Assembly (NCBI GenBank): GCA_050575255.1 | Contig: JBNZDD010013695.1 | Location: forward strand, 5,526,683 to 5,590,682 | From: Harriotta raleighana | Lineage: Eukaryota | Direction of reading: 5' to 3' | Length of the DNA: 64,000 bases | Shown here: in pieces, positions 61,998-64,000 of the stretch | Position numbering within the stretch: the first letter of the stretch is position 1 | Layout: the number at the start of each line of letters is the position of its first letter | Made by a program: the position numbers and the translations under genes | The notes under the pieces: generated by a model | What the model was told of the DNA's origin: nothing | The model's input: only the letters and a program-made list of their open reading frames with translations | The model's database searches: none

Positions 61998-64000
61998 ATG
62001 TAAAATATGTAAAACTAGTTGCTCCAGTAACAACAAACCATTGCATTTGTGTTAACTCTTACTGGTTATTGCAAGTGCATGCAAATATTATTATTTGATT
62101 ATTCACTTAAATATATATTTTAAATGAATTCATTGTCCTGGCATCCACCCTTTCAGAAGTTAATGATCCTCTGTGTTAAGATACATTTCCTGAGAGTTTC
62201 TTGAAGTTTCCCTTAACAATCCTGAATCCTCTGCTCTCTTGGCCTCTTAACCAGCTGCCTTGATGTGTCTGACAGTGTGGTTTTGCGTTTACTTTCTCAA
62301 TCTTTTACCATCTCTGAATAACTGCAGAAGTTTAACAATGTGTCTGGAGTGTGGTAGCTCCTTACAAAATAATGTTTATTATTACTGTCAAACATTCTAT
62401 AAACTCTGTAATATATTTAGGACAGCTGGTGGGAAAAGTGATCTATGCAATGTGATCTATCAGTCACTCATTGCTATCTATTATTAAGGTTGCTAGGTAT
62501 TGAGGTATTGACATGAATAAGTGCCCATATTACTGTATAATCCAAATTTTACTGAGTCTCAGCCCATAAATCATTCTGGCATAAAATCCAATTTACAATT
62601 TTAAAGAATTGCAGAAAATCTTAAAATTCAATCTTAACTTGGAAGTGAGTTTTCCAAACTTCTTAAATAGAAACCAGCCTCCAAATTATGACTGAATTTA
62701 GGTTTCTTCATTTCTGTGTGGCTTTACATTTTTGAGGACATCTTATTCACAAAGTTCTGAAAATATTGATAAGACTTATGGTTAGCTATTTATGAATATT
62801 GATAATGCTTATATTTATCCTCATCTACACTTTCATCACCTCCCACCTCACCTATTCAAATGCCCACCTAGCTTGTCTCCCAAGCCCCACTGTCCACAAA
62901 ATCCAACTAATCCAAAACTCCGCTCTACACTCCATCCTCCCATCACACCAGTGTTCGCCAAATTTCACTGACTCCCCCTATCACTCACACTAAACTTCAT
63001 TTGTCCATCGCACCAGTCCTCACCAGGCTGCACTGGGTCCCTATCACAGATATGGATGATTCTGACTCCTATTTACCATCTACAAAAGCTCAAGTTCCAA
63101 GCTCCCTCTCTGGTAACTTGTATACAGTAAGCACCTGCTCTAAACTCTGCACCCCCAACACAGCAACCAGGGAAAGGGAGTGTCTTCAAAGGCAACCCCG
63201 ATCCTGTCCTCACCTAATGCCATCGTATATGCACTTCCAGCAGGGCTCACTGAATGGGGATCCGGAGGAGGAATATATATGTCATTGGTGACATGTACGT
63301 GAACCAGGTTCTTTTTGAAAATATTGAATGCTGCGAGATGGAAAGTCAAGTGATAGTAGTTCACTTTCTAAAGAATGGGACCTCCTCCCGACATGAAAGG
63401 AGCTCCATATATGGAATTTTAGTGTTGTTGTTGTAAAGTACCAGCCACCAACTGTGGTTATGGAAAGGAGTGGCTCAGTAATCAATGTGGGGCTTCTTAA
63501 GAGGCAGAAAGGTGTAAACATACAGGCACTTAAATCACAGGGGAACAAGTCACAAAACCACAAGGCATGGGGGAATAGGAAAGGTCAAGGCACAAATTCT
63601 ATTTAACATATCGCAAATGTTAAGCAGAAATTCTGAAAATCTCTACAGTCTCCGTTGTAAACAATTAGACATTTTTGCCGAAATGTCAGCAAAGGGAAGT
63701 GAATATACAATGAAGTGAAGCACAGAAACTGAGAGTGAGGACATCTGACAAGTGCAGATAAGGAGCTTTATGAGAGCAAGGCAGAGAGTGGATTTTCAGA
63801 GCGTTCAGCTTTTCTGGTGTTCCAATCACAGCTGCAACTTTGTATTTCCAAGACCTCATCAATATATGAGCCTTCTTAAACCACAAAGAATCTGAGAATA
63901 TCTGCCTCACCAACTAAATCTAGACATATCGCTATTGTTTGCCCACATACGAAGACCACAAGTTGATGCGCATATCACAAGAGCAGAAATGCACAGGGCT

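Noticed and set aside
1-64000. CRISPR arrays, operons, other prokaryotic or viral systems, and exons of neighbouring genes (HTR4, SH3TC2)
   Set aside because: No regularly spaced repeat-spacer array or gene-dense region. The recurring motifs are dispersed SINE/LINE pieces, and no ORF resembled the expected neighbours, though short exons could be missed.

Overview
Vertebrate genomic DNA, most likely a cartilaginous fish and probably a holocephalan (inferred from the repeat landscape and the receptor sequence). The only host gene I can support is an intronless beta-2 adrenergic receptor (ADRB2, minus strand, 24998->23697, 433 aa) in a CpG island. It has an inverted CCAAT / CRE / TATA / Inr core promoter, two upstream ORFs and a predicted ~2 kb 3' UTR with let-7, miR-30 and three miR-92 8mer sites. 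The rest is AT-rich intergenic DNA rich in decayed retroelements: L2 and CR1 LINE fragments, tRNA-headed and Deu-domain SINEs, a fragmented Ty3/Gypsy element invisible in the ORF track, and a Penelope-like inverted repeat. Nine of the ten single Ns sit beside short duplications that look like uncollapsed haplotypes; one reveals a stop/Gln difference in an ADRB2 uORF. I found no prokaryotic-type system and nothing I can call a new biological system with confidence. Repeat boundaries are approximate, and family and human-gene comparisons are from recall, not database searches.
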